Made by a program: the position numbers and the translations under genes
Source of the DNA: Erysipelotrichaceae bacterium
GTDB taxonomy: Bacteria; Bacillota_I; Bacilli_A; Erysipelotrichales; Erysipelotrichaceae
Length of the DNA: 64,000 nt
Reading direction: 5' to 3'
NCBI GenBank assembly: GCA_017445225.1
Contig: JAFSUN010000004.1
Span: 3,280-67,279 of the forward strand
In this document: positions 38,645-47,628 of the stretch, in pieces
Layout of the letters: each line of letters begins with the position of its first letter
How positions within the stretch are numbered: position 1 is the stretch's first letter
Notes under the pieces: model-generated
Database searches by the model: none
What the model was told of the DNA's origin: nothing
The model's input: only the letters and a program-made list of their open reading frames with translations

Positions 38645-39421
38645 TCAGAATCTGTAATGATTGTGCCTTGGGTCGCGCTGACGGTAGTAATCCTGGCCTC
38701 TTCTGACGCTGTAGGCACTGTTGCGGTAATAGTAGCCCATGTCATATTTGCGTCTTGGCTGGGAGGTTACGTTGCGGTAGTACTCAATGGCCTCTTCGAT
38801 GTCTTCTCTTTCGCCGTGGATGATGGCATAGATGACTTCGCACATCTCCTCGCAGGCCAGATAGCATCTGTCGTATTCATCGGTATCGAAGCCGTTGACC
38901 GTTGAGCGGTTCATGTGGAAGGTAATGGTGTTGTACCATTCACTGTTGACATTCAGAACGACATTGAAGCTGTAGCTGTATTCATAGCGCTTCGGGTTGT
39001 AGCTGACATCCTTGCCGTCCGGTCCCTTCTGCTTCAGTTCCCTTTCGGTTTCATGGATGTTCATGTCACTGCCAACCAGCTGATCAAACCTGAGGATGTC
39101 AGGATTCTCTGAACGCCAGTTGGAATAGGACGTGATGATCATCTTCCGGTTGTCCATGTCGATGTACATCTTGACGTTGCCGCTGCCGACGACATGGGTG
39201 ATGTTGAAGTTTCTGACTTCAGCATCATTGGCTTCTCTTTCAGCCAGATGACGCTTGATGTCTTCCAGCGTATATCCCCTGTAGCCGCTCAACCATGGTG
39301 ACAGCTTATTGGCACAGGACTTGCATAAACGGCCGTCTTTCAGCTTGGTTCCACCCAGCAAGCCGACCTTCTCACCGCAGATATCACAGGTTTTTCTTTC
39401 AAAAGCATCAAATAATCCCAT
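38645..39421 (-). CDS. DUF4428-type zinc-ribbon protein of unknown function
   Basis: N-terminal CDICGEKVGLLGGTKLKDGRLCKSCANKL (CxxC...CxxC) and a Tyr/Arg-rich C-terminal tail. 258 aa. Confidence 0.6.
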   Translation of the reverse strand: MGLFDAFERKTCDICGEKVGLLGGTKLKDGRLCKSCANKLSPWLSGYRGYTLEDIKRHLAEREANDAEVRNFNITHVVGSGNVKMYIDMDNRKMIITSYSNWRSENPDILRFDQLVGSDMNIHETERELKQKGPDGKDVSYNPKRYEYSYSFNVVLNVNSEWYNTITFHMNRSTVNGFDTDEYDRCYLACEEMCEVIYAIIHGEREDIEEAIEYYRNVTSQPRRKYDMGYYYRNSAYSVRRGQDYYRQRDPRHNHYRF

Positions 39422-39492
39422 ATTATACCTCCTGTAATTATTTCTTACTTCTTATTAATGTAATTCTACCACACAGCCGCCGTTCCATAAAG

Positions 39493-40536
39493 TTATTTTA
39501 CGCGGAAGCGGTAAACCGTCTTGCTGGTATGCCAGACGTCAGGGCTGATGAGGGAGCTGGCAAAATGGCCGTAGTTCAGGCTGTTGGGGAAGAACTGAGT
39601 CTCCAGGCAGAAGCCCTCGTTTTCCTGATAGTCGGTGTTATCCTTGCCGCCTTCGGCATTCAGATAATTGCCGGTATACAGCTGAACACCCGGACGGCTG
39701 GTATAGGCGGACAGCTCAATGCCGGTCTCCTCGCAATAAGCCCGGGCAAACTTTCTTAACCGGCCATCCCAGTCGTTGATGACGAAGTTATGGTCATAGC
39801 CCTTGCAGATGGCCAGCTGTTCATCGTTAAGATCAAAGTCCCGGCCGATCTTCTTCATGGCGGTGAAATCCATCGGCGTACCCTTGACGCTGCGAACTTC
39901 ACCGGTGGTGATCAGGAATTCCCTTACCGGGGTATAGTAATCGCACTTCAGCTGCAGATACTGATCGAAGATCTTACCGCTGTTATGGCCGGCCAGATTG
40001 AAGTAGGCATGGTTGGTGACGTTGAAGACGGTCCGGGCATCGGAGAACATCCGGTACTCGATGTCCAGCTTGTCGTCATCGACCGTATACTTAACGGTGA
40101 TGGTCCGGTTGCCCGGCAATCCCAGTTCACCGTCAAACAGCTCCAGGCGGAAGGTGACGGACTTCTCGGTGATCTCTTCGCAGTCCCACAGTTTCTTGTG
40201 AATGCCGTAGATCTTGCTGGTGTGCAGATTATTGCCGTTGTCATTCTGTTCCAGATAGTAGGTGTTGTTGCCGATGCTGAAACTGGCATTGGCAGTACGG
40301 TTGGCACTCGGCCCGACGATGGCTCCCAGGCAGCAGGGATTGGCCATGTAGCTCTCCAGGTCCGGATAGCCGAGGATAACGTCTCTTTCTACCCCGTTTT
40401 TGTCTTTGAGAATGGCGCCTGTCGTTACGGCTCCGAAATCACTGACCTTTACCGTCAGCTTATCGGAAGAAATAACGTAAACTGATGCTTCCCGTCCGTT
40501 GGGCAGAAAGCCAAAGGATTCTTTTCTGATCGTCAT
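39493..40536 (-). CDS. galM: Aldose 1-epimerase (galactose mutarotase)
   Basis: ..GYDHNFVI.., ..NLHTS.., ..FCLETQ.. fit the epimerase family. ATG at 40536 lies 9 nt after GGAGG; the ORF-track start is a TTG inside the RBS. Confidence 0.85.
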   Translation of the reverse strand: MTIRKESFGFLPNGREASVYVISSDKLTVKVSDFGAVTTGAILKDKNGVERDVILGYPDLESYMANPCCLGAIVGPSANRTANASFSIGNNTYYLEQNDNGNNLHTSKIYGIHKKLWDCEEITEKSVTFRLELFDGELGLPGNRTITVKYTVDDDKLDIEYRMFSDARTVFNVTNHAYFNLAGHNSGKIFDQYLQLKCDYYTPVREFLITTGEVRSVKGTPMDFTAMKKIGRDFDLNDEQLAICKGYDHNFVINDWDGRLRKFARAYCEETGIELSAYTSRPGVQLYTGNYLNAEGGKDNTDYQENEGFCLETQFFPNSLNYGHFASSLISPDVWHTSKTVYRFRVK

Positions 40537-40581
40537 TAATGAAACCTCCAAATCTCATCTATATTGTATCATATCCTGCTT

Positions 40582-42123
40582 TCAATATAATCTCTTCAAT
40601 ACTCCGTTTTCCAGGATCATCGTCACCGTACTCACCTCTTCGATGAACTTGCGGTCATGGGAGACGGCGATGATACAGCCGGTATACTCCCTGAGCATCC
40701 TTCTAAGCTGCGGACTGGAGAGCGGCGACAGATTGCGGGTCGGCTCATCCAGCAGCAGAACATTGCACCTCTCCAGAATCAGCTTTATTAAGAAGATCTT
40801 GCACTTCTGGCCTTCAGACAGATCAGCCAGTTTATGGCTCATCTCTTCGGTGGTAAACTTCATGGCTCCCAGCATCGTATTGGCCCTCTGAACGTCTTCC
40901 CTTCTTTCCGACAGCGCAAGGAACTGCTGAGCGCTCAGATTCTGATCCATCAGGTCGGCATAGTTCTGCGGCATGTAGCCCAGGATGATGTCGGGGCGGT
41001 CCCTTAACTCCTGATAGATGATCTTCATCAGGGTCGTCTTGCCCGAGCCGTTATCGCCGATGATGCAGACCTTATCCCGGCCATGGACAGCAAGATGGAT
41101 CTCGCCAGCCAGTTTACGGCCATCCGGGGCAAACAGCCCTTCCAGATTCAGTGACAGGATCACCTTATTGTGATTGAGGGGTTCGTTTTCAAAGAAGAAG
41201 TCGATGGCCTCCTCAGGTTCGTACTTCTCGGTCAGGTTTTTTCCGGTTTCATCCAGTTTCCGGCCCTGAGCTTTCAGCGACTTCATCTTCTTCTTCAGCA
41301 GCTGGCCGCCATGGGGATCCTGACGGGAGATGGTATTCTGGCGGTGTTCCACCTTCTGATAGATCTGCCGGTAGCGCTCCATCTGCTTGCGGAATCTGGC
41401 ATGTTCACTGACCGATATCTGATTGGTCTTTTCAATGAAGCCCAGCCTTTCCCGGGCATAATCCCGGTACGGCAGCCGCGAAAAGGTGGCCCGGGGCTGA
41501 TTCTTGGCCTTCAGCTGTTCCAGATGGAGAATGGCATTGCTGGTGTTTTCCAGCAGGACTTCGTCGTGAGTAATGTAAAGCACCGGCAGTTCGGTATCGT
41601 TAATGAAATCCTCCAGCCACAGCAGGGTCTTGAGATCCAAATCGTTGGTCGGCTCATCCAGCAGCAGGACGTCCGGCTGCTGATACATCACCCGGGCCAG
41701 GGACAGGCGGACCTTCTCGCCGCCGGAAAAGGTGCCGATCGCCCGCTCTTCCTCAAGAACGGACACGTCAATTCCCAGCATCTTGAAGACATCCGTCAGC
41801 CGGCCATAGTGTTCGTAGCTTTCCAGGGGAAACTCATCACCCGGCTCATCCTTGACCAGATACTCCAATGGCGCCGAATCCAGCCATTTCGCTTCAACGG
41901 TCTGCGGCAGATAGCCGATCCTTTCCTTGCCCCGGTCGATGTTTCCGGTAATAGTCACGTAATCGCTGACATCGATTCCGGCCAGGACCTTCAGCAGCGT
42001 GCTCTTGCCGTTGCCCTCCTCACCGATCAGGCCGACCTTGTCTCCGGGATTCAGGACAAACGAAAGACCGCTGAGCAGCGTTCTTCCCTTCAGAGTTCTG
42101 ATTTCCAGATTGTTAACGATCAT
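40582..42123 (-). CDS. ABC-F family ATPase (two ABC cassettes, no TM domain)
   Basis: Cassette 1 has GEEGNGKST, FSGGEKVR and LLLDEPTNDLD. An interdomain linker of about 100 aa rich in K/R/Q follows. Cassette 2 has GDNGSGKTT, LSEGQKCK and LLLDEPTRNLS. 513 aa. Confidence 0.85.
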   Translation of the reverse strand: MIVNNLEIRTLKGRTLLSGLSFVLNPGDKVGLIGEEGNGKSTLLKVLAGIDVSDYVTITGNIDRGKERIGYLPQTVEAKWLDSAPLEYLVKDEPGDEFPLESYEHYGRLTDVFKMLGIDVSVLEEERAIGTFSGGEKVRLSLARVMYQQPDVLLLDEPTNDLDLKTLLWLEDFINDTELPVLYITHDEVLLENTSNAILHLEQLKAKNQPRATFSRLPYRDYARERLGFIEKTNQISVSEHARFRKQMERYRQIYQKVEHRQNTISRQDPHGGQLLKKKMKSLKAQGRKLDETGKNLTEKYEPEEAIDFFFENEPLNHNKVILSLNLEGLFAPDGRKLAGEIHLAVHGRDKVCIIGDNGSGKTTLMKIIYQELRDRPDIILGYMPQNYADLMDQNLSAQQFLALSERREDVQRANTMLGAMKFTTEEMSHKLADLSEGQKCKIFLIKLILERCNVLLLDEPTRNLSPLSSPQLRRMLREYTGCIIAVSHDRKFIEEVSTVTMILENGVLKRLY

Positions 42124-42141
42124 TTACTTACCTTACTGTTT

Positions 42142-45100
42142 CTATTTCAGATCTTTTCTTGTCTGCAGCACCTGCCGCCAGTAAGCGGCCATTTCACTGT
42201 CAGTGCCGGCGTATTCTTCGGTAATTTCCACCGCCTTTTCCAGGATGGCCAGGGCTTTCTGACGGACTTCCCCTGCCCAGCCGAATTCGGCAGCGGTCTT
42301 ATCAATCGAGGTGATGGTACCGGGCTGACGGTTCTTCAGCCAGCTGTTCCGGTTTTCATAAGCCTCGCAATAGTATTTATAACTCTCTTCCTTCTTCCCG
42401 CTCATGGCACAGCCATAGGCCAGATCCGCCAGCAAACCCGCCAGACGCGGATCTCCTGCCGCCTGCTCGACGGCCTTGAGCTGGTAAGGATAGGCTTCCT
42501 GATAACGGTCGGCAAAGGTATGGCAGTCGGCGATTGCTGAATACAGGACCGACGGCTTGGGATCCTTGTCCGACGGTGATTTCTGAGATATGGCCAGAGC
42601 GGTCTGATAGCACTCCCTTGCCTTATCCAGCTGACGGTTCCAGAACCGGCACATTCCCTCCTGATTATGGTAGTAAGCCAGCCAGACCTTCTCCTTTTCA
42701 TCGAGGACGATGATCCGGCAGATCTCTTCATACTGCTCAGCCGCAACCGCAAAGTTCTGCAGGGAGAAATTGCAGTAGGCCAGACGCTTCAGATACAGTA
42801 AGACCGTAGGATCAGTGGGACCCCGTAGTTCACGGGCTTTTCTTATCAGTACATCATATAAAGCGACCGCTTCCTGATTTCTTTCTTCCATATAATACAG
42901 CCAGGCCAGATGATCCATCGGTAAGGGCAGATAGTCAGCTGCCTCCAGGACAAAACCCTGCTTCTTTAAGCACCGGCAGGCGGTCTCCGCCAGCTTCAGG
43001 CCTTCTTTCTTCCAGCCGAACTTGTAACAGGCACTGGCCATGTAGCTCATTATGTCCTGCTGACGGTGGTCAGCGTCTTCCTTCTCCAGTAATTCCTCCA
43101 GATAGTCCCTAACTTCTGGCGGCAGCGGCTGTTTCAGCTGCTGACAGGCTTCGGCAATGCCGGCAAAAATGGCCGTTATGTGCAGGCCGTTCTGCTCATC
43201 CATCGTCTTCTTTTCCTGCCACACCCGCTCATAGATGTCCAGAGCCTTGGCCCATTCACCTTTTGCCAGATGATCGCGGCCCTGGGCTTCCATGACGGTA
43301 ATGGTCCGGATGTGATGAGGACCCAAGGCCTCCATGGCCTGGCGGTAGGCATCCTCCAGGTATTGGCGGGCCTTCTCCCGTTCGCCCTTGTTCTGATAGC
43401 TTTGGGCCAGGTTATACAGATCGATTATCCGGTTTTCCGTATCATCCTTCTTTCGCAGTTCCGCTGCCCACCTGGTATGTTCAATGGCCTTGTCATTATC
43501 ACCGAGAGTACGGTAAATGTAGGCCAGATTGGATACGGCGGTAGCCATGTGACCGGTAAATTGCGGTGACTGGGCGGCCGCCTGACCGTAAACCTCCCTG
43601 AAAACTTCCTTAGCCGGTTCATACCGCCTGAGGTTTTTCAGGGCCAGACCGTAGAGCAGACAGTAATTCAGGTACAGATAGCGCCGGGAGGCAACTTCTT
43701 TCAGTTCTCTCATGCCGGTCTTCAGATGCTCCAGCACGTCTTCCGTATGATTGCACTGGATCCCTGTCAGGGCCAGCTGATATAAAATGATGTATTTCTT
43801 CTCGGAATTCTCCGGCAGACCCCGCTGGATATTCGTAAACATCCGGTAGACCGTCTGATACATGCTGAGGGAATAGACCCTCTCCAGCTTGTCGGCCATC
43901 CACTGGTAGGCGGCGTCATAATCATCCCTGTTAAGATCTCCCCGCGACATGATCACGGTAGCGTCTTCCAGCACCTTCATGTATTCACTGTTCTCATAGC
44001 TGTCCCAGGGTAGCTTACGGTAGTATTCCATCTTGGCTGCCACCGTTCTCTCCAACAGCCGGGGATTGTTCTTACGGGTATCTTCAGCGATGACCTTCCT
44101 TACCTGCTCGTGCATGTAGTAGCGGACATCGCTGTCCTTGACGATGATGGTATGCTTGATAAAGTTTTCGTAACACTCTTCGTAGAAGACCGGCAGCACC
44201 TGCCGACAGACGGCATAAGCTTCATCATCCGTCCAGCTCTGTAAGACCGCCAGCACCCGGGCCACGTTCTGATCGTCATTGTCCATGTATCTTAAGAAAC
44301 GCTCGATGACCTGTTCCCGGGATGACCCGAAGGATTCCCCGGTAATGGTCTTGCCGGCAGCCAATTGCTCATAGTAGGTCGTCACACTCAGATCCAGAAA
44401 CAGCGGCGTTCCGCCTGAGATCTTATAGATCGGCTGCAGGAATTCTTCCGGTATGCCCGCCGTTCTTAGGAAGTCCAGGGAATCCGCCTCATTGAGGTCG
44501 CCGAGTTCGTGTTCTTCAATGGCCCCCTGCCAGAAATCATCGTATTCATCCCAGCGCAGCCGTTCCCTTCCGCCGATCACCCACAGCACGCCCGGCACGG
44601 TTCTGATGATGTCATCGCGCAGCCAGATGTCATAGGCATTGGCGTACCCATAGGCGGTGTAGGAATTGACCAGTTCCTCATAGGTATCCAGGCAGATCAC
44701 CAGCGGCAGCCGGAAATCATCGGCGGCATTCTCGGTATTGCGGCAGAGGTCCCGGGCAAAGTAGAAGGACGCCTGATCCTCCAGTTCATTGACCTGCAGC
44801 TTGCCGATGGCACTGATCTCCTCATCGAGCTTCTTCTCGTCGAGGTTCCAGATCTTCTGCATCTTCTTATAGTATTTACCGGTCTCCTCCATGATCGTCT
44901 TGCCCGTCTTGACGGTAGAAAGAATCGATGAGGCTCCGGGGATGAACTTGGCGGCGATGGAGATCATCGGATCATCCAGCAGATCCTTCTCCGATACGGT
45001 CTTGTAGACCGGGTTGCCGCATTTGATGTTGTAGGTTATGTTCAGGGCATCGGATAAGGGAAAGGAAAGTCCCTGCTTCTTCAGCAGGTTTCTTAACTTG

Positions 45101-45381
45101 TCCAGGACATACATCTTGTCAGTACCGTGGGCAAAGTCATAGGTCACGTGAACGATTTTCTTCAGATCGCTGTGCTCGCCGTTGTAGCGGTCCAGCAGCC
45201 GGTTGATCTCGTTGATCAGCCGGGTCTTGCCAAAACCCCCGATCCCGTAATAGGAAATGACATTGAATTCGTCCGTGTTTCTCTGCGCGTCATTGAAGAT
45301 CCTGTTGAAGGCCTCCTTCGGCTCTGTCCGGTCGGTAAACTTCCGAACTGCCAGTATTCTCTTTACCGGTGCTTTTCCCAT
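42142..45381 (-). CDS. STAND-class P-loop NTPase (NB-ARC-like) with a long C-terminal TPR array and no recognisable effector or DNA-binding domain
   Basis: 1079 aa from the ATG at 45381, which follows AGAGGGG. Walker A YYGIGGFGKTRL (nt 45223-45246), Walker B LPLVICLDTYEE and a GxP-like ISGGTPLFLD. The C-terminal ~550 aa are degenerate 34-40-aa TPR-like repeats (..NLAYIYRTLGDNDKAIEHTRWA.., ..LAQSYQNKGEREKARQYLEDAY..). Confidence 0.8.
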   Translation of the reverse strand: MGKAPVKRILAVRKFTDRTEPKEAFNRIFNDAQRNTDEFNVISYYGIGGFGKTRLINEINRLLDRYNGEHSDLKKIVHVTYDFAHGTDKMYVLDKLRNLLKKQGLSFPLSDALNITYNIKCGNPVYKTVSEKDLLDDPMISIAAKFIPGASSILSTVKTGKTIMEETGKYYKKMQKIWNLDEKKLDEEISAIGKLQVNELEDQASFYFARDLCRNTENAADDFRLPLVICLDTYEELVNSYTAYGYANAYDIWLRDDIIRTVPGVLWVIGGRERLRWDEYDDFWQGAIEEHELGDLNEADSLDFLRTAGIPEEFLQPIYKISGGTPLFLDLSVTTYYEQLAAGKTITGESFGSSREQVIERFLRYMDNDDQNVARVLAVLQSWTDDEAYAVCRQVLPVFYEECYENFIKHTIIVKDSDVRYYMHEQVRKVIAEDTRKNNPRLLERTVAAKMEYYRKLPWDSYENSEYMKVLEDATVIMSRGDLNRDDYDAAYQWMADKLERVYSLSMYQTVYRMFTNIQRGLPENSEKKYIILYQLALTGIQCNHTEDVLEHLKTGMRELKEVASRRYLYLNYCLLYGLALKNLRRYEPAKEVFREVYGQAAAQSPQFTGHMATAVSNLAYIYRTLGDNDKAIEHTRWAAELRKKDDTENRIIDLYNLAQSYQNKGEREKARQYLEDAYRQAMEALGPHHIRTITVMEAQGRDHLAKGEWAKALDIYERVWQEKKTMDEQNGLHITAIFAGIAEACQQLKQPLPPEVRDYLEELLEKEDADHRQQDIMSYMASACYKFGWKKEGLKLAETACRCLKKQGFVLEAADYLPLPMDHLAWLYYMEERNQEAVALYDVLIRKARELRGPTDPTVLLYLKRLAYCNFSLQNFAVAAEQYEEICRIIVLDEKEKVWLAYYHNQEGMCRFWNRQLDKARECYQTALAISQKSPSDKDPKPSVLYSAIADCHTFADRYQEAYPYQLKAVEQAAGDPRLAGLLADLAYGCAMSGKKEESYKYYCEAYENRNSWLKNRQPGTITSIDKTAAEFGWAGEVRQKALAILEKAVEITEEYAGTDSEMAAYWRQVLQTRKDLK

Positions 45382-45475
45382 GATTATTCCCCTCTTTTTT
45401 CTCTTCTCCCTCTCATTATAGCCCATCTGCCGGCCGGATTTCCGCAAAAGGCACTAAAAAGACGGGAAAAACTAT

Positions 45476-45504
45476 TTGAATTCATAATACTTGTTTGTTA
45501 TAAT
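45476..45504 (+). promoter_or_regulatory. Sigma-A promoter of secG
   Basis: TTGAAT (45476-45481), 17-nt spacer, TGTTATAAT (TATAAT at 45499-45504). Confidence 0.7.
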
Positions 45505-45533
45505 AGTTAGGCATTTGGAAAGGAGTCAATACT

Positions 45534-45767
45534 ATGTTAGATATCCTAATTATGGTCGACTCAGTCGCTATTATCCTGTTAGTACTGTTACAGAGCGGAA
45601 AGTCAGCAGGCGTAAGCAGCGCCTTCATGGGCGGAAATGGTGGATTAAATCTTTTCTCTAACGTAAAGGAAAGAGGACCGGAGAGAACCCTTTCACTGTG
45701 CACCTTAGGTGCCGGCATTCTCTACCTGGCTCTGGTACTTATTAAGTTAATCGTTTCCAAGAGTTAA
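45534..45767 (+). CDS. secG: Preprotein translocase subunit SecG
   Basis: 77 aa with two TM helices and LLVLLQSGKSAGVSSAFMGG. Confidence 0.9.
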   Translation: MLDILIMVDSVAIILLVLLQSGKSAGVSSAFMGGNGGLNLFSNVKERGPERTLSLCTLGAGILYLALVLIKLIVSKS

Positions 45768-45789
45768 AAGACCACACGGTCTTTTTTTT
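45768..45789 (+). terminator. Terminator after secG
   Basis: AAGACC-ACAC-GGTCTT followed by TTTTTT. Confidence 0.7.
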
Positions 45790-45804
45790 CAAAAAAGAGG
45801 TTTT

Positions 45805-46254
45805 ATGGAGAAGACAATCGCAGTAAACCGCAAGGCCAGACATGAATACTTCCTGGAAGAATTCTATGAGGCCGGGCTGGTTCTCACAGGAACGGAGATC
45901 AAGAGCATCCGGGGCGGCCATGCCCAGTTCAAGGATGCCTATGTGGACTTCACCGGTGGTGAAGCTTTTATCCGTGACATGCACATTGCCCATTATGACC
46001 ACGGTAACATCTTCAATCACGAGGAGACCCGCGACCGCAAGCTTCTGCTGCACAAAAAGGAGATCCGCGATCTGAAGAAAAAAGTGACCGTCAAGGGCTA
46101 CACCGTAATTCCCGTCCGCCTTTATCTGAAGAAAGGCCTCGCCAAGATGGAGATCGCCCTGGCCAAGGGCAAGGACCTCTATGACAAGAGACAGAGCGAA
46201 AAGATGAAGGATGCCCAGAGAGAGATCGAAAAAGCAACCAAGATGCGTTATTAA
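45805..46254 (+). CDS. smpB: SsrA-binding protein
   Basis: IAVNRKARHEYFLEEFYEAGLVLTGTEIKSIR... 149 aa. Confidence 0.95.
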   Translation: MEKTIAVNRKARHEYFLEEFYEAGLVLTGTEIKSIRGGHAQFKDAYVDFTGGEAFIRDMHIAHYDHGNIFNHEETRDRKLLLHKKEIRDLKKKVTVKGYTVIPVRLYLKKGLAKMEIALAKGKDLYDKRQSEKMKDAQREIEKATKMRY

Positions 46255-46265
46255 AGGAGATAAGA

Positions 46266-46739
46266 ATGATCGTTATTGAAATGCAGGACGGCCGGAAGAT
46301 GAAATTCGAACTTGACAGTAAGAATGCTCCGATCACCGTCGCTAACTTCCTCAAGCTGGCTGAAAGCCACTTCTACGATGGATTGACCTTCCACCGCATC
46401 ATTAGGAACTTCATGATCCAGGGCGGTGACCCCACGGGTACCGGCATGGGCGGCAGCTCTCAGAACATCAAGGGCGAATTCCTTGCCAACGGTGTCGATA
46501 ACCAGCTGAAGCATGTCCGCGGTGCCATCTCCATGGCCCGCAGTTCCCATCCGGATTCCGCCAGTTCCCAGTTCTTCATCTGTCACGTTGACACACCGCA
46601 TCTGGACGGCAGCTATGCCTGCTTCGGCAAAATGATTGAGGGCTTTGACGTCCTCGATGATCTTGCTTCCGTCCGCACCGGCTTCATGGACCGGCCTCGG
46701 ACACCGGTCGTCATGAAACGCGTATACGTTGAAAAGTAA
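46266..46739 (+). CDS. ppiB: Cyclophilin-type peptidyl-prolyl cis-trans isomerase
   Basis: FHRIIRNFMIQGGDPTGTGMGG and SQFFI. 157 aa. Confidence 0.9.
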   Translation: MIVIEMQDGRKMKFELDSKNAPITVANFLKLAESHFYDGLTFHRIIRNFMIQGGDPTGTGMGGSSQNIKGEFLANGVDNQLKHVRGAISMARSSHPDSASSQFFICHVDTPHLDGSYACFGKMIEGFDVLDDLASVRTGFMDRPRTPVVMKRVYVEK

Positions 46740-46955
46740 AAAAGAAACCGAAGCAAGGGGAGAATGTAACGAAATAGCGTAGATCTCCAAATAGTTCGGG
46801 GGTCTAGCGATAATTTGGGGGGGACAACTCTGGGGGTCAACACTCAGAATATATTGTAGATTAACCCCCAATCCTCTATATTTTTAATGATTTATTATCC
46901 ATGTCTACTTGACAAGAGTCAGTTCACTATCTGGGGGTTTTAACCTACAAATATC

Positions 46956-46978
46956 CACCCGCAAGCGGGTGTTTTTTT
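46956..46978 (+). terminator. Rho-independent terminator, 217 nt downstream of ppiB
   Basis: CACCCGC-AA-GCGGGTG followed by TTTTTTT. It functions only in the plus orientation. Confidence 0.75.
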
Positions 46979-47099
46979 CGGTTTGGGCATAACCCTTGTC
47001 TACAGGCAGCGCACAAGTGCGCTAATTGGTGCCTGCCAGCCTGTATCATCATTATTAGTACCCCTAAAAGGGGCTCTCGGATCAAACAAAGCCAACTGG

Positions 47100-47287
47100 G
47101 CGGTCTCTCTATCGGCTTTCAGCTGATTGGCAATGGTATTCCTTGTTTACCCTCGTGCTCTTTCCTCCAACTGTCCAATACTTTGATATGGTGTGACGGT
47201 TAACACCGTACCCCTTTCCAATTTACTGAAATTTGGCTTGTTTCCTATGTTCTCTAATATCAGTAGTTCTCCTTCCAGAATCTTCAT
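47100..47287 (-). pseudogene. Frameshifted N-terminal HTH fragment of a transposase/recombinase-type gene
   Basis: My own translation gives MKILEGELLILENIGNKPNFSKLER. After a 1-nt shift in a G-run it continues YGVNRHTISKYWTVGGKSTRVNK. This is an xxGVNRHTISKYW recognition-helix pattern typical of IS transposase N-termini. No catalytic domain follows. Confidence 0.4.
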
Positions 47288-47415
47288 CTGATACGATCCT
47301 CCTTGCGAGAATTGTATCAAAAAATCAGCCGCTATTCGCTTAGATCAAACTGCCATTTTTGGCACTTTTTATTCCAGCATTTTTGGCTGATTTTAGTTTA
47401 ACATTATCATCAAAA

Positions 47416-47628
47416 TCAGGAGTTTACCTTTAAAGGTTTAGAATGTATATACTTCTTTTTGGTTAGTTGTTTTCCACACCACGGGCAATAATAAATCTCA
47501 TTGTATGACTCTTTGTCAAAATAATTGATACCATACTTTCTGCGTCTTTGAAGATAACAAATACTCTTTTCTGTTGTTCTGTCTACAGAACACTGTCTTT
47601 CCATCGAACCGCAACAAAACTTATTCAT
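47416..47628 (-). CDS. Small Cys-rich CPWCG-motif protein (paralogue of the upstream gene)
   Basis: MNKFCCGSMERQC...ICYLQRRRKYGINYF...IYYCPWCGKQL. The ATG at 47626-47628 overlaps the stop of the upstream gene (ATGAATAA). Confidence 0.6.
   Translation of the reverse strand: MNKFCCGSMERQCSVDRTTEKSICYLQRRRKYGINYFDKESYNEIYYCPWCGKQLTKKKYIHSKPLKVNS

Noticed and set aside
40582-42123. Calling the ABC-F protein an antibiotic-resistance (ARE) determinant
   Set aside because: ARE and housekeeping ABC-F clades cannot be distinguished by eye from the motifs. Phylogenetic placement is required.
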